Position numbers and translations under genes: made by a program
Shown: positions 1-15,794 of the stretch, in pieces
Layout: each line of letters opens with the position of its first letter
How positions within the stretch are numbered: the first letter of the stretch is position 1
Assembly (NCBI RefSeq): GCF_009914755.1
Contig: NC_060937.1
From: the human T2T-CHM13v2.0 reference genome, Homo sapiens
Strand: one strand, 5' to 3'
DNA length: 64,000 bases
The notes under the pieces: model-generated
Databases searched by the model: none
What the model saw: the letters and a program-made list of their open reading frames with translations, nothing else
What the model was told of the DNA's origin: nothing

Positions 1-30
1 GAGCTTAAAATAAAAGTGAAAAAAAGAAGA

Positions 31-640
31 GCTAGAAGAAAATATGGGTTTATTCTTTCATAATTTTGGACTGGAAAAAACAAGTTTTCTAACTATGACC
101 CAAAATCTAGAAGCATAAAAGAAAGAATTGGCAACTTCTAGCATGTAAAACTAAAACATATGTCCCCAAGACAAAAACAAGACAAAACTAAAAATTAACC
201 ATATGGAAAGTTAAAAGACAAATGTCAAATTAGTGAAACATCTGCAACTTATAATAGATAAAAAGGTCAATCTTTATTATACGCAAAGAGCTACTGTAAA
301 TTGATATAAAATAAACCAATAATCCAATCGAATTGTTCAATGCTTATTTTTATGAGCTAGACAGTTCATAGAAAAAGGAATGCAAATGGCATTACAATAT
401 GAAAAGAACCATTAGTCATAATAAAAGATATGCAAAATGAAACTAGATATCTTTCCTCACCTATTATATTGGCAGAAAATACTTTTTTAAAAAGTTGTTG
501 ATATGTGTTATTGATGAGACCATGGAGAAACAAACACTGTTAGACTTTTATGGAAAGAGTATAGGATTGTGCAACCCTTATGAAGTAGAAGTAAGCAATA
601 GCTATCAAAATTACCTCCAGGTAATTTCTTTTTTATTAAA
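31..640 (+). mobile_element. Ancient L1M (L1MC/ME-like) ORF2 3' fragment
   Basis: Degenerate L1 ORF2-end motifs: ctagaagaaaatatggg, atgacccaaaatctagaagcataaaagaaagaattg, atgcaaatggc...atatgaaaaga. Bases 1-30 look like the A-rich tail of a younger L1. Confidence 0.6.
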
Positions 641-1483
641 ATAAAATATCCTTCCACTAGTTGTTTTACTGCACTGTTCTCAATCGTTCTGTTCTCTGTA
701 ATATCATACACAATCTCATCTAGCTATGAAGTGGTGACATCTGGCTTTAAACCTGTGCAGCCAGCATGCACCAGTAATCACTGTGCCCATATAGCCTCCA
801 GGAATTGATATCTGCATTGGATGTCCCACCTTCATCTTAGTATCAAGTTTGCAGACCCAGAGTGGACAAAACTAGACATGAAAACCCCTTTGATGTATTG
901 CTTTCAAACATGAATTTATTTTTTTCTGGATATGTTACATATTACCTTGTTATCTCTCATTTTAAAAAATGTTTCAAGTGTATGGGTCATTTGTATTTAG
1001 TTAGCTATAGATGTATCTGGATGTCTAGTATAACATGGAATCCTTTAAGGTACAGCATTTATTTAAATTTTCATGGCACTTTATTATTAGCTTTCTTATA
1101 AGGACTTCTCAACATGTGTTCATAAAGAAATAAATGAAAGCATGGCCTAATCTTAAGGGTTTTTCTACCTTCTACAGTTCTCAAGCTCTTCTTTCGCTTC
1201 AGAAGAAGACCAAATTTACATTCACTAATGGTTAAAATGAAATGGGCAGCTGACTGAGAACTCCCTGTGTAATATTTTTGAAACGTGTGTCTAAGATACA
1301 ATCATATAAAATAAGACTGCTATAAATTTGTGTAAAATACCTCTAACTCAACAATCTATGGAATGATCTACTCATTACTTCTTGCATAACAATTACTCAA
1401 AGCATTAGCATATTTTATTAGATTATCTTCAAAATATTTTCATCTTAAGCCATGTTAATATGCATCTCTAAAATTCTTAAATT

Positions 1484-2626
1484 TTAAACATAAGACCTCA
1501 CTGTATAAGAATCCTAAAGGAAAATCTAGAAAATGCCATTCTAGACATTGGCCTTGGAAAAGACATTATGACTAAGTACTCAAAAGCAACTTTAATGAAA
1601 ACAAAAATTGACAAGTGGGACCTAATTAAAGAGCTCCTTCATAGCGAAAGAAACTATCAACAGAGTAAACAAAATACCTAAAGAGTGGGAGAAAATATTC
1701 CCAAACTATACATCTGACAAAGGTCTAATATCGACAATTTATAACGAACTTCAACAACTGAACAAGCAAAACACAACCCATTTAACAAATGGGCAAAAGA
1801 CATGACCAGACACTTCTGCAAAGAAGACATACAAGTTGTCAACAAACAGATGAAAAACTGTTCCACATCACTACTCACCAGAGAGATGAAAGTCAAAACC
1901 ACAATGAGATCCCATCTCACACCAGTCAGAATGACTGTTATTAAAATTCAAAAAACAACAGATGTTAGACTATGGAGAAAGAGGAATGCTCACACACTGT
2001 TAATGGGAATGCAAATTAGTTCAACCACTGTGGAAAGAAGTTTGAATATTTCTCAAAAAACTCAAAATAGAACTACCATTCAACCCAGCAATTCCATTAC
2101 TGGTTATATACCCAAAAGAAAATAAATCAGTCTACAAAAAAGACACATGCACTGATATGTTCATCGCAGTACTATTCACAATAGCAAAGATGTGGAGTCA
2201 ACCTAGGTGCCCATCAACAGTGGTTTGGATAAAGAAATTGTGGTACATATACACCATGGAATACTATGCAGCCATAAAAAAGAACAAAATCATGTCCTTT
2301 GCAACAACATGAATGCAGTTGAGGGCCATTATCCTAAGTGAATTAATGCAGGAACAGAAAATCAAATACTGCATGTTCTCACTTATAAGTGGATATAAAT
2401 ATAGGGTACTTATGGACATAAAGATGGCAACAATAGACACTGGGAATTACTAGAGTGGGGAGAAGAGAAGGTAAGTGTTGAAAAGCTAGCTTTTGGTTAC
2501 TATGCTCAGTACATTAGTGATGGGATCATTTGTACACCAAACCTCAGCATCATGTAATATACCCAGGTAACAAACCTGTACATATACACCCTGAATCTAA
2601 AACAAAAGCTGAAAAAGAATATAAAG
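1484..2626 (+). mobile_element. 5'-truncated L1PB/old L1PA (ORF2 end and 3'UTR)
   Basis: ORF 1802-2125 is the L1 ORF2 C-terminus ([13 protein letters not shown]). The 3'UTR reads ...aacctcagcatcatgtaatatacccaggtaacaaacctg...ctgaatctaaaa. TSD taaaa(t/c)tcttaaatt lies at 1469-1483 and 2627-2641. Confidence 0.9.
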
Positions 2627-2674
2627 TAAAACTCTTAAATTCTGTGTATTAGGCCATTCTTTTTTTTTTTTTTT

Positions 2675-2898
2675 AGGTTTACTGTTTACTATGGGCACAG
2701 TTTGTGGCACCCCAAAAGAATCCAATAGTAACATCAAAGATCGCTGATTACAGATCACAATAACAGATATAATAAAAAATAAAAACTTTGAAATAATGCA
2801 AGAATTATATGAAAATTGTCATAGAGACATGAAGTGAGCACATGCTATAGGAAATATGGCACTGATACATGTGTTCCACATAGAGTTTCCACAAACTC
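2675..2898 (-). mobile_element. Tigger1 5'-region fragment carried as an L1 3' transduction
   Basis: The reverse complement matches the recalled Tigger1 5' region (agcatgtgctcacttcatgtctct...gtgatctgtaatcagcgatctttgatgttactattg...ttttggggtgccacaaactgtgcccata). It is bounded by two poly(T) tracts. Confidence 0.8.
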
Positions 2899-3667
2899 TT
2901 TTTTTTTCATTGCTTTTTTTTAAATTATTATTATACTTTTAAGTTTTAGGGTACAAGTGCACAATGTGCAGGTTAGTTACATATGTATACATGTGCCATG
3001 CTGGTGCGCTGCACCCAATAACTCGTCATCTAGCATTAGGTATATCTCCCAATGCTATCCCTCCCCCCTACCCCCACCCCACAACAGTCCCCAGAGTGTG
3101 ATGTTCCCCTTCCTGTGTCCATGTGTTCTCATTGTTCAATTCCCACCTATGAGTGAGAATATGCAGTGTTTGGTTTTTTGTTCTTGCGATAGTTTACTGA
3201 GAATGATGATTTCCAATTTCATCCATGTCCCTAAAAAGGACATGAACTCATCATTTTTTATGGCTGCATAGTATTCCATGGTGTATATGTGCCACATTTT
3301 CTTAATCCAGTCTATCATTGTTGGACATTTGGGTTGGTTCCAAGTCTTTGCTATTGTGAATAATGCCGCAATAAACATACGTGTGCATGTGTCTTTATAG
3401 CAGCATGATTTATAGTCCTTTGGGTATATACCCAGTAATGGGATGGCTGGGTCAAATGGTACTTCCAGTTCTAGATCCCTGAGGAATCGCCACACTGACT
3501 TCCACAATGGTTGAACTAGTTTACAGTCCCACCAACAGTGTAAAAGTGTTCCTATTTCTCCACAACCTCTCCAGCACCTGTTGTTTCCTGACTTTTTAAT
3601 GATTGCCATTCTAACTGGTGTGAAATGGTATCTCATTGTGGTTTTGATTTGCATTTCTCTGATGGGC
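2899..3667 (-). mobile_element. Young 5'-truncated L1 (L1PA2/L1PA3-like)
   Basis: ORF 3136-3669 is a near-consensus L1 ORF2 C-terminus ([26 protein letters not shown]...SLIGGN). The 3'UTR has GAG rather than the Ta-diagnostic ACA. TSD attaggccattctt lies at 2648-2661 and 3668-3681. Confidence 0.95.
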
Positions 3668-4889
3668 ATTAGGCCATTCTTGCATTGCTAAAGAAATACT
3701 TGAGACTGGATAATTTATAAAGAAAAGCGGTTTAATTGGCTCACAGTTTTGCAGGCTATACAGGAAGCATAGCTTTGGCATCAGCTTCCTGGGAGGCACC
3801 TCAGGAAGCTCATAATCATAATGGAAGCTGAAACAGGAACAGGCACTTAACATGGCAGAAGCAGGAGCAAGAAGGCGGCGGGTGGATGGTGGCTCCCATA
3901 CACCAAGCCTTGAGGGATTTGCCCCCATGATCCTAACACCTCCCACCAGGCCCAGCCTCCAGCATTAGGGATTACAATTTGACATTAGATTTGGGCAGGG
4001 ACAAATATCCAAACTATGTCACTATAAATTTTCAGTTTAAATATTTTTTTCCAGATTATCTTATTTTTAACAGGTACTACACCTCATGCTCTTACCTGTT
4101 TTGTTTCTAGTCTTCCTCACCTCTCTAGGAAATGTTAATTAAAGGAGATTTTTCATTAGTTCCAAAGTGTTTTTATGCATGTTTTCCTATGATGTATTAT
4201 CCCTCTTTGTTTTCTTATACCACAGGTAGCATGCTACTGGTTTGGTCTTGCTTTTTTAGTTAACAATGCCTCCTTGTATCTCTCCCATTCTGTATATGGA
4301 GATATCCCTACCTCTTCTTTACAGCTCCATAGTATTCCAATTTGTAAATGCTACATAGTTTCCTGGCTTGTTTCCAATTGTTTGCTATTATGAGCAAAGA
4401 CACTTTCCAAATGGCAGTGGGGACTAAGGCTGGACAACAGAGAATAGTAACTCTAGACATGATCCACGTGCAGAAACAGATTTTTACACATGAGAACGAT
4501 CATATTGTCTAAAAATAATTGGCTGAAAAAGACAACACTCCACTGGAGAAGGAGGAAAATGGCTGACCTGCCTAGATTCAAAAACCATTGGCTTATTTCT
4601 CCTCTGCCTCTAGTAAAACCATACCTCAATGTCTGCTCTATAAATCCATGTAAACTTAAAAACAGATAATTTTAAAGAAAGACTGCAATGAACATAAAAA
4701 ATATTAGGATGATTAAAAAGACCAGAAGTTTTGACTAGTAGAAACGATTTTATTTATACCATTAGAAAAATAAGTATCTAATGTAGGTGGAGGTACAGGC
4801 AACAGAAGATGATACAGTTAATGGATTTTGAATGTGTCACCACTATTTATAAGAATTTTCAAAAGATAGCTTACCTGGAGTTTGAAGTT

Positions 4890-5520
4890 TATTAAATTCA
4901 ACTCAGGGAATACTTATGAAATACCTACTACTCAGTGTACAAACTTATGTGCTATGGAGAAAATATGAAAATGATAAATGACATGACATGGTCCCTTTTG
5001 TCAGTGCAATGTAATCAAGACAGAGAAACAGAATTGAACAATTAATAAGGCAATATGACATGAGAAACAGTGTTACAGAGTATGAAGGAAACAATCAGGA
5101 AGAAGCAATTATGCCATACAGAGAATCAAAAAGACTTCACAGAGAATTTGGCAAATGAGCTTGTCCATGAGAAATAATTGGCATCCCAGAGGCTAAAAAA
5201 CTGGAAAAGGATCTTCTAGGTTGAAGAAGAAAATGTGTCGATGAAGAAAATGTTGCATGTTTGAGGTCTAGGAATAACCTAGAATGGCAGAAATGAGGGA
5301 TATGAGAAAGAATAAGAAATTAGTATGGACGTAAGTTGCAACCAGATCATGGACAGCCATGCCTACATGGGGTTTGGAAACAATTTCAGGACCAGAATTC
5401 AACCTTGTTGTTGAACTTCATTGAGGAGAAGCATAATTAGCTTTAGCTCTCTGGAACTAGTGCAAAGGTGAAATGGTTGGGTACCATGGTAGCCAGGCCA
5501 GAAGGCCATTAAAGACCCAA
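4890..5520 (-). mobile_element. L2 fragment
   Basis: Degenerate L2 3' end (attcaactcagggaatacttatgaaatacctacta...catggtccc) followed by an L2-like purine-rich body. Confidence 0.55.
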
Positions 5521-5546
5521 ATTTTAAATTAAAACAGTGGATATGT

Positions 5547-5913
<367 letters not shown>

Positions 5914-6193
5914 TCAAATTTAATCTCAATATACAGCTTTCAGTTTTTAAGAAAAATCTCCAGTTTTATGAATTGAATTTTATGTTCTATGATGGCAAAA
6001 ATGGTTATTTCACATTTATATGCTTGGCATGTGGTAGATGCTTAATGAATATTTATCATAAAGCTTGATTGGCTTTATTAATCGTGACATTTCCTTTATT
6101 TAAATTTATTTAAATAATGGGTACCTTTGAGAAAATACTAAATTTTATGGGAGGATTGAGGATTTCAGTAAGTGTAGTGTTTTAGCCCTAGAC

Positions 6194-6401
6194 CAGATGT
6201 CAGCAATCTTCTTCTGAAAAGGGCCAGATGATAAATATCTGAGGTTTTGTTGGCCGTACGGTCTCTGTCACAAATACTCATCTCTGTCATTACAGTGTAA
6301 AAGCAGCTTTAAATTATTTGGCTGTATTCCAATAAAACTTTTTTTACAAACATATATAGTGAGCCAGATTTGGCTCACGGGCCACAGTTTATCAATCCTT
6401 G
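6194..6401 (+). mobile_element. MER58A-like hAT-Charlie MITE
   Basis: cagatgtcagcaa...aagggccagatgataaatat...ggctgtattccaataaaacttt...gggccacagttt. A perfect 8-bp TSD, ccctagac, lies at 6186-6193 and 6402-6409. Confidence 0.88.
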
Positions 6402-6519
6402 CCCTAGACCAAACAGAGGATAGCCATCTCATCTACAAGTAAAGGGTTGAAATTTTAATATATTTAGTTTTTGAAATAACACAATTCTTCATGTTATGTT
6501 ATTCTATGTTGCTGCAACT

Positions 6520-8690
<2,171 letters not shown>

Positions 8691-10068
8691 AACTATTATA
8701 TTTTTGAATGTTAACAGCACTAGTATTACAATTAGTTTTTAATGTTCTATGTTTTTAAAAGAAGAATCAACTAATGAGAATAATAAAACCTTTTCTTTGA
8801 TGGACAATTTTAAAATGATACTCATGAATATTATAATACGAAATAGGATTTTTTTATCATGCCACAGCTTTATCTTCAATCTGAACCTTAGTCATGACAA
8901 TAAATGCTAGACTCACAGATATTCTCTGTCATATATTTAATTTTGAAGAACTTTAAATCTTGGAGAAGTGACAAAGGAAACTGACACATCTATGAAATAG
9001 GACATCAGTCTGCCTGCCTGGACTTTCTAAGCGCAGTAAAAGGGAACATTTTCAAATAGTAAGCTGTCTCTTTTATTTATTGATCTTCAGCTAGAAATAA
9101 AGCTATAGTAAAATGCTCTCTCCATATCTTTCTCACTGTATGAAAACAGGGTTACAGATCAATTGATTTACCATCACAATTGATTAGGTACCTTCCCTAC
9201 TATCTCTATTGTGACACGAGACATGCAGTCATATAGATCTTTCATTAGGAAAGTCATTGAAAAGCTAAGGTTCATTGCATGCTTAAATGGTTTGTAGCCC
9301 ACTCATTAAGCCATTAACTATCCATTAATATTGCTTAACCTCAAACATTAAAGATAAAATAAGTTACTGCCATTTTATCTTCCAAGTGCACCTTTGCAAA
9401 GTGAACAAGTACATGATTTTGTTAGAATTGGACTTAGATATTCAGACTTGCCAAGGTACTGAAGCAATTAACACTAATAAAATTTATATGTGTATTCCGT
9501 TAGTTGCATACCGCAAAGCATAAAAAGTGGAAACATAACACAGATATATTGCTTAAAATTACTTTTTCTGCCCCTCACTTAACCTATTTTTAATATTTTT
9601 CTGCATTATTATCAATAACATTTATTTCAATAAGAAATTTTCTTCATGATATTGTTAATCAACAGCAGTAAAAACAAAGAAATAAAAGCTCCTCAAAAAG
9701 AAACTAACCATTTTGAGATGATTTGATATCTTTGTAGTCAAGATTTAAGTTCAAGTGGACAAATCATCATCCCTAATATCTAACAATTCTGTTTCTTTTG
9801 AAATAAAACCAGATAAATTAGATAAATTAGAATGGTCTTAGTTACTCTCAATAATATAGATAATCTTTTGTATACTTCATATAGAGTATAACATAAGTAG
9901 AGATAGCCACCCAAATCATTTGACTGCTACATTGTTAATATCCTATCAAGTCAACTATAAGGAATATACAGGTTTTTGCATATAACTTTTTATAATATAC
10001 TTTTTCAGGTAGATTTATTCACAGAAAAACCAACCATAATGCAAACTCAACCATTTTTTTATGTCTAG

Positions 10069-10228
10069 AAGAAAAAAGAGCACTTGAACAAGAACTCTGT
10101 AACTTTAAGAGCAGATATGCAGAAAAGAATGGGAACACAGTAGAATCTGCAATTAGAGCAAGCTATAAATAGAACTTACAGTTTATGTAAAAGAATACCA
10201 CAAAACCACAGGGGACATTGCATAGTAG
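10069..10228 (+). other. Candidate (pseudo)exon, 160 bp
   Basis: Acceptor tttttttatgtctAG (10067-68) and a consensus donor AG|GTGAGT (10229). The body is purine-rich and reads EKRALEQELCNFKSRYAEK...ESAIRASYK*NLQFM*, with two stops. Confidence 0.3.
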
Positions 10229-12019
10229 GTGAGTAAACGTGAATGACCTTTACCAGTGCATCTAGGAAGGGGAAGAAATTGATACACATTTAGCAACTGT
10301 ACTGAAATATTGCCTCCCAATGTCAGTCTGGTCAAAGCAGGGCTGGATTTCATTTTATTTTTCAGTTTTTCACCATCTAAACCTTAAGCATTTCTTGAGC
10401 CGTAAAAATTAAGTACTGGGTCATGTGACGTCTCTCACTGATGAATGAAGATTGTGTACATATAATATCATTACTTCTAGAAAATTTATGTATGTAGTTT
10501 ACAAAATAACATATAAATGGATAATCAACCTAAAGGGCCAACCCCATAAAACATAAAACATTTGATTGTAGTTTGCATTTATTAAAATCATTTATTACAG
10601 CCCAGTTTTTCTCCATGGCCAGTCAGAGGAGCCTGCCCTGTTCTCTGGTAGGCAGGTGAATGTGATAAGCAGGGAGTTAGTGCCTTGGGCCATACCTTTC
10701 TGAGGCATTTTAATTATTTTCAATATGCAGTAAGGACACTGACACATGTTCAGAAAGTCATGCAAATATCCCTTTGCTGAAAATATGTCCAACACCCTGA
10801 GGCATAGGAGAGGGTGAAAATGAAATTTGGAAGAGTTAGGAGTTCATGCACCATAGCATGAAAGGAAAAGGATGCAGGGACCCAAGGCTTTTTAAGTGTA
10901 ACTAGTCTGCCTGCTCCTTCTCCATATACCTACTGAAATCTCCTGCTTTTTATCCAGAAGTGTGTATGACTGAGATTCTGGTTTTGGAACAAGATGAGGA
11001 CAGGCAAGATGGTGGTCTTATTTAATTATTCAATAGAGCTGACATTACAAGACTTGATCACCTGGAAAGCAAAAAGATGCATCTGAAGGCAGGTCAGCTT
11101 TTTCTTTGTCTTTTCTCAGGATTAATCTAAAACAATTATGATCCACAACAGATACAGAAAGTTCTTTTCTAAGGCCAGTGGTAGAGAAAGCAACTTATTT
11201 GAGGGGCTTTGGTCATCGTGTTGGCTCCTGAATCCCTTCAGGGCATTTATATTGCTCAGAAAATGTCACAAGCTATGAAATTCAGCTCCAACATTCTCCC
11301 AAGTCATCCTAGCCTAGAAGCAGAAATTTCATGGTATTTTCCTGAGGTGATGCTAGAGATTCACAGCAATCTGGGAGAGCATGAAGGACAGGAATGTGGT
11401 GAGTATCCTCTGGAGGAAATCCCAGAGCCTGGTATCACTCTTCACAGAACTTTTTCCTAGAAGAGGAGACATGGGGTCCAAATGTGACTCAAAGGCAGTG
11501 ATCCACATAGGGGCCACAGGCAGTGAAATGCCAGTCCTGGCTTTTTTTCCCCTCAAAATCCGTCTGGTTATATTCTATATCCAGTTGAGGCATTCTGGGC
11601 TGCCCAGGGTTTTAGAGGCTAACCTTATGGCAGTTCTAGGGTGTGTCCAGTTAAGAAGTGTCCTTAGAAGACCGATTTGACCTTGCACCTAAGAGACATG
11701 AATATATATTTTCAAGATTGGTCCGATGTGGCTGTGCAGGGGATCCTTGATCAAAGCAACTTTATAGCTCCCCCAACGCCATCTCTGGATGTTAATGGGG
11801 TATTGACGCAGTGTTAACTGGGCCTCTTTTGTTGCTCTCCCTTAGAATTACGCTTTTACCATCTTGAAGCCCAATGCACCTGTGTGTAGGTCTGGCATTT
11901 AGGGGTAAGCAATTGACACATCGACTTTATTATGGAGATTTCTATAACCAAATAAGTCCTTTAGCCCACTAGATTCCTTCACAAACTATCAATCCCCTAT
12001 AATCAAAAATCAGAAAAGG

Positions 12020-12076
12020 ATCTGTCTGTCTATCTATCTATCTATCCCTCTATCCATCTATCTACCATCTATCTAT
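12020..12076. repeat. Degenerate (TCTA/TCTG)n microsatellite
   Basis: tctgtctgtctatctatctatctatccctctatccatctatctaccatctatctat. Confidence 0.8.
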
Positions 12077-13496
12077 TGACCCTCTCTCACATCTCTCTGT
12101 CCCTTCCTCCCATATAACATAATGTCCTTTTAGGAACATCTGAAGCTAGCAATGTAATTTAAGTAGTTCTATAAACACAAATATCCCAGAAAATAATAGC
12201 AGAACTCCCTCCCTGTTTTTGTTTATATAAGTAAAAAAGAGTTTTAAATGAATTCTCAAGTATTTGTAATTTTAGATATCTAAGAGTAAGGGAAATTAAA
12301 AAAATTTTCTATTTTGGAAAATTATTGTCATCCAGTTTATAATTTCATTTAGTATAATATTTTCTAAACAGTGTCTACAATTGGGAAGACTGCATAATTT
12401 ACTATGTCCTAAAATAGTTTTAGTTTTCTGAGATTATTTTCATGAGAATGCAGTTATAAAATCATGTGGTATAAAACAGAATCTCTTCATGCTAAAATTG
12501 TATTAATAATTAATTGGAGAAAAAGTATTTCACCATGACAAATGAGAGACTGTATGGAAGGAGTGATGCCATTTCATGGCAGAAATAATATAGTAACATG
12601 TCATTAAATACAAGACATCATATTAAATTTTATAGTTAATGTACAAGGATATCAAAATATATTAAATTCAAATTGGTTATGTTTGCTAAAATTCTGGTAC
12701 TGGAGATAATAATTAGAGTTTTTCCAATGTAATTATTAAAATGAGAAGAAACAAAGAAAATGTTTAGTGGGAACATAAAAACAATTTTCTAGAGAAAAAT
12801 CTGGTTACCAGTAAAGTAAAGCAATGTGAAATAAGAGAGAAATACGGCACATGCTTTTGGCTCACTGTGATGAGGATATGATCTTAATCAAAGTCAGGTC
12901 TACAGTCAACAAAGACACAGGTCTAATAGCAAAAAACTTCAGATGTTAACTTGTGTATGAGTAATTGCATTAAATTAAAACATGATGACTAAATTAACAG
13001 TAGTTATTAGCCTTCAGAACAGAGATGCCTATGAGAGTATACAATATCAATGAAGAGTTAGAAAGGATCCAATACCATGCATTTACCAATGTATTTTATA
13101 TGATGATTTAATAAAGGTAGTTTTTAAGAACTATAACTTTTTAATTAAACATGCTTTTATAAATGAAATATTGAGTAGTTGCAAAACAACACTTACAAAA
13201 TGCAATGTAAAATATAAAGATTAAAGAATAATGGTGTACTATACACCCATATACCCAGCATCCTGTTTAAGGCAAATAACACCACTGTTACCTATCTGTG
13301 GAAGATGCTTTGTTTTTTTCCTTATCCCATCCCTTTCCTTTCTTCCTTCCTCAGAATTAATCACTGTTCTGAACCTGTTTATCTTTATGTTTTTTCCATA
13401 CATATTTGTATTCCTGAATGAAATTTTATTTTTAATATTGATCACTTTATAAAACGGATGTTATCTGTCAATTTAGAAAGATAAATACAAAATAAT

Positions 13497-13887
13497 TGTA
13501 TTAGTTCATTCTCACACTGCTATAAAGAACTACGTGAGACTGGGTAGTTTATAAAGAAAAGAGATTTAATTGACTCACAATTCCACAGGGTGTACAGGAG
13601 GCATGGCTGAGGAGGCCTCAGGAAACTTACATTCATGGCGGAAAGACTAAGGGGAAGCAAGGCACAGTCTTCACATGGCAGCAGGAGAGAGAGAGAGAGA
13701 GAGAAGTGGGAAGTGATAGACACTTTTAAACCATCAGATCTTGTGAGAACTCACTCACTATCATAAGAACAGCAAGGGGAAAATCCACCTCCATGATCCA
13801 GTCACCTCCCACCAGGTGTCTGCCTTAACACTGGGAATTACAATTCAACATGAGATTTGGGTGAGGACACAGAGCCAAGCCATATCA
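13497..13887 (-). mobile_element. MSTA-like MaLR solo LTR
   Basis: tgtattagttcattctcacactgctataaagaactac...gaggacacagagccaagccatatca. A 5-bp TSD, ataat, lies at 13492-13496 and 13888-13892. Confidence 0.92.
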
Positions 13888-14252
13888 ATAATAAAATTTA
13901 CTTTTATCCACTTTAAAATAATAAAAATACATTTACAAAACTAAATTATGGTTTTGATAGGTTTCATATGTATTTATATCTTCTGAGATTTATTTACATT
14001 GTTGAAAATAGCTGGGATTTATTAATTTTCAGTGCAGTATAATGTTCAATTTGTTTCCACTTAAAGTTGATGGATATGTAGGTTACTTTCTATCACAGAA
14101 TATATATAACATAATTTTATAATGTTACATTACTTTTTTGTTCATGTCTGCTGGTACACATATGTGCAACAGGAAGTGATATGTCATATACATTTCCAAC
14201 ATTACTAGAGTATGCCAAATTTTTTGTGAAAGTATTTCTAAGAATTTACACA

Positions 14253-14960
14253 ATGTGATGGAGATCAACTCTTCGTTTCTTCTTCTTCCTATGCACACAG
14301 GTAAACTACGTTTAGCAGCCTCCCTTTTGGTTAGAGGAGGCTGCACAGTTAGATGTCTTGCAATGGTATTTCAGCAGTGGAGATTGTGCCTCAGTCTGGC
14401 CTGTAAAATCCTTCCACATACAGTTCATTTCAACTCTTTCCCTCTTCTTGCTGGCTGACAGGAGACTACCTCAGGATGGTCTTAGAAGCCACATATTTTG
14501 TTTATTTATTTATTATTTGAGACAGGGTCTTTCTCTGTCATTCAAGCTGGAGTGCAGTGATACAATCGTAGCTCACTGTAACCACAAATGCCTGAGCTCA
14601 AGCCATCCTCCCACCTCAGCCTCCCGAGTAGCTGGAATTGCAGGCACACCTAGATTATTATTATTATTATTTTATGGAGATCAGGTCTCACTATGTTGCC
14701 CAGTGTGGCCTCGAACACCTGGCCTCAAAGCAGTCCTCTGGCTTCAGCATCCCACAGTGTGGAGATTATAGGTGTGAGCCACCTCACCGGGCAGAAGCCA
14801 CATATTGGAGGTAACAGAGGTACATGATGAAAGGATATTGGGTCCCTGCTACTTGATAACTGGGATATCTTTTTTGGTTTACGTTAAAAACAAAATAAAC
14901 ATTTCTATATTAAATTACTTTTGAATTTGTTTGTTATGCAGTTAGCCTACTCTAATAGAT
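14253..14960 (+). mobile_element. Old MLT1 LTR (MLT1H/J-like), split by an Alu
   Basis: aaactacgtttagcagcctcccttttggttag...aaataaacatttctatatt...tttgtttgttatgcagttagccta. Confidence 0.6.
14498..14792 (-). mobile_element. AluJ
   Basis: J-type diagnostics (gacagggtct, ctcaagccatcctcccacctcagcc). A 14-bp TSD, agaagccacatatt, lies at 14484-14497 and 14793-14806. Confidence 0.93.
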
Positions 14961-15526
14961 ATGTACCTCCTGGCAGGGGATAGTTTCTGCAACCCTTGAA
15001 ACTGTCCAACTTCATGACTTACCAATGTGTTGAGTATGAAATATCATAATCCTAAGGCTAGAGTTTACATTTTTTTAATCACTAGTGAGGGCATCTTTTT
15101 AGGTGCTAACTGGCCATTTGGATTTTTCTTTCTGGGAAGTGTTTAAGACTTTTGCCCACTTTTATATTGAGCTATTTGCCATTTTCTTATTGATTTGTGG
15201 ACACTACGTATTCTAACAGAATACATTATCACTTTCGTGCTGTAAATATCTTCTCCCAATCTGCAACTTGTCCTTTTTCTCCCTTTATGGTGACTTCGAT
15301 TTTTTTTTTGAATCTCACTTTTAATGTAATGGTATTTATTCATTTTTTCCTTTATTGTTTGTACTTTTTGCCCTATTTAAGAATTAGTTTCCTACCTAAA
15401 AGTCATAAAGGTACTAACCCATATTGTGTCTTACAGTTTTATAATTTTGATAAGACAATTTAAGTCATTAGCCCAACTGGAACCATTGTTTACTTTTTAA
15501 ATTTCCATATGGATACCCACCACATT

Positions 15527-15690
15527 CAGCTAATTTATTTTAATTTTTAGAGATGGAGGTCTCCCTATGTTGCTTAGGCTGGCTTTGAACTCCTGTTCTC
15601 AAGTATTCCTCCTATAACTGCTTCTCAAGAAGCTGAGATTATAGGCAAGAGCTGAGATAATAGGCAAGAGCCATTATGAAATACCCAGCC
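15527..15690 (-). mobile_element. FLAM/Alu left monomer with an internal 19-bp tandem duplication
   Basis: tagagatggaggtctccctatgttgcttaggctggctttgaactcctg... The unit agctgagat(t/a)ataggcaag occurs twice. Confidence 0.8.
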
Positions 15691-15794
15691 TGGTATTTTA
15701 TAATGTCTTTCTGAAGGCTTTTCTATTTACCCAATCAAGATCTTACAAATATTTTGATAGGTTTCTTATGATATACTTTATAATTATTTTCCCC

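Larger units (their letters stand above)
2645..4021 (-). mobile_element. MST-type MaLR solo LTR (MSTB/MSTA-like), split by an L1PA insertion into 2645-2660 and 3668-4021
   Basis: tgtattaggccattct...tgcattgctaaagaaatacttgagactggataatttataaagaaaag...gggacaaatatccaaactatgtca. Confidence 0.88.

Noticed and set aside
4787-4893. Possible additional exon (WRYRQQKMIQLMDFECVTTIYKNFQKIAYLEFE)
   Set aside because: The acceptor is weak, there is no convincing donor, and it abuts an L2. It is worth revisiting only if the 10069 exon validates.
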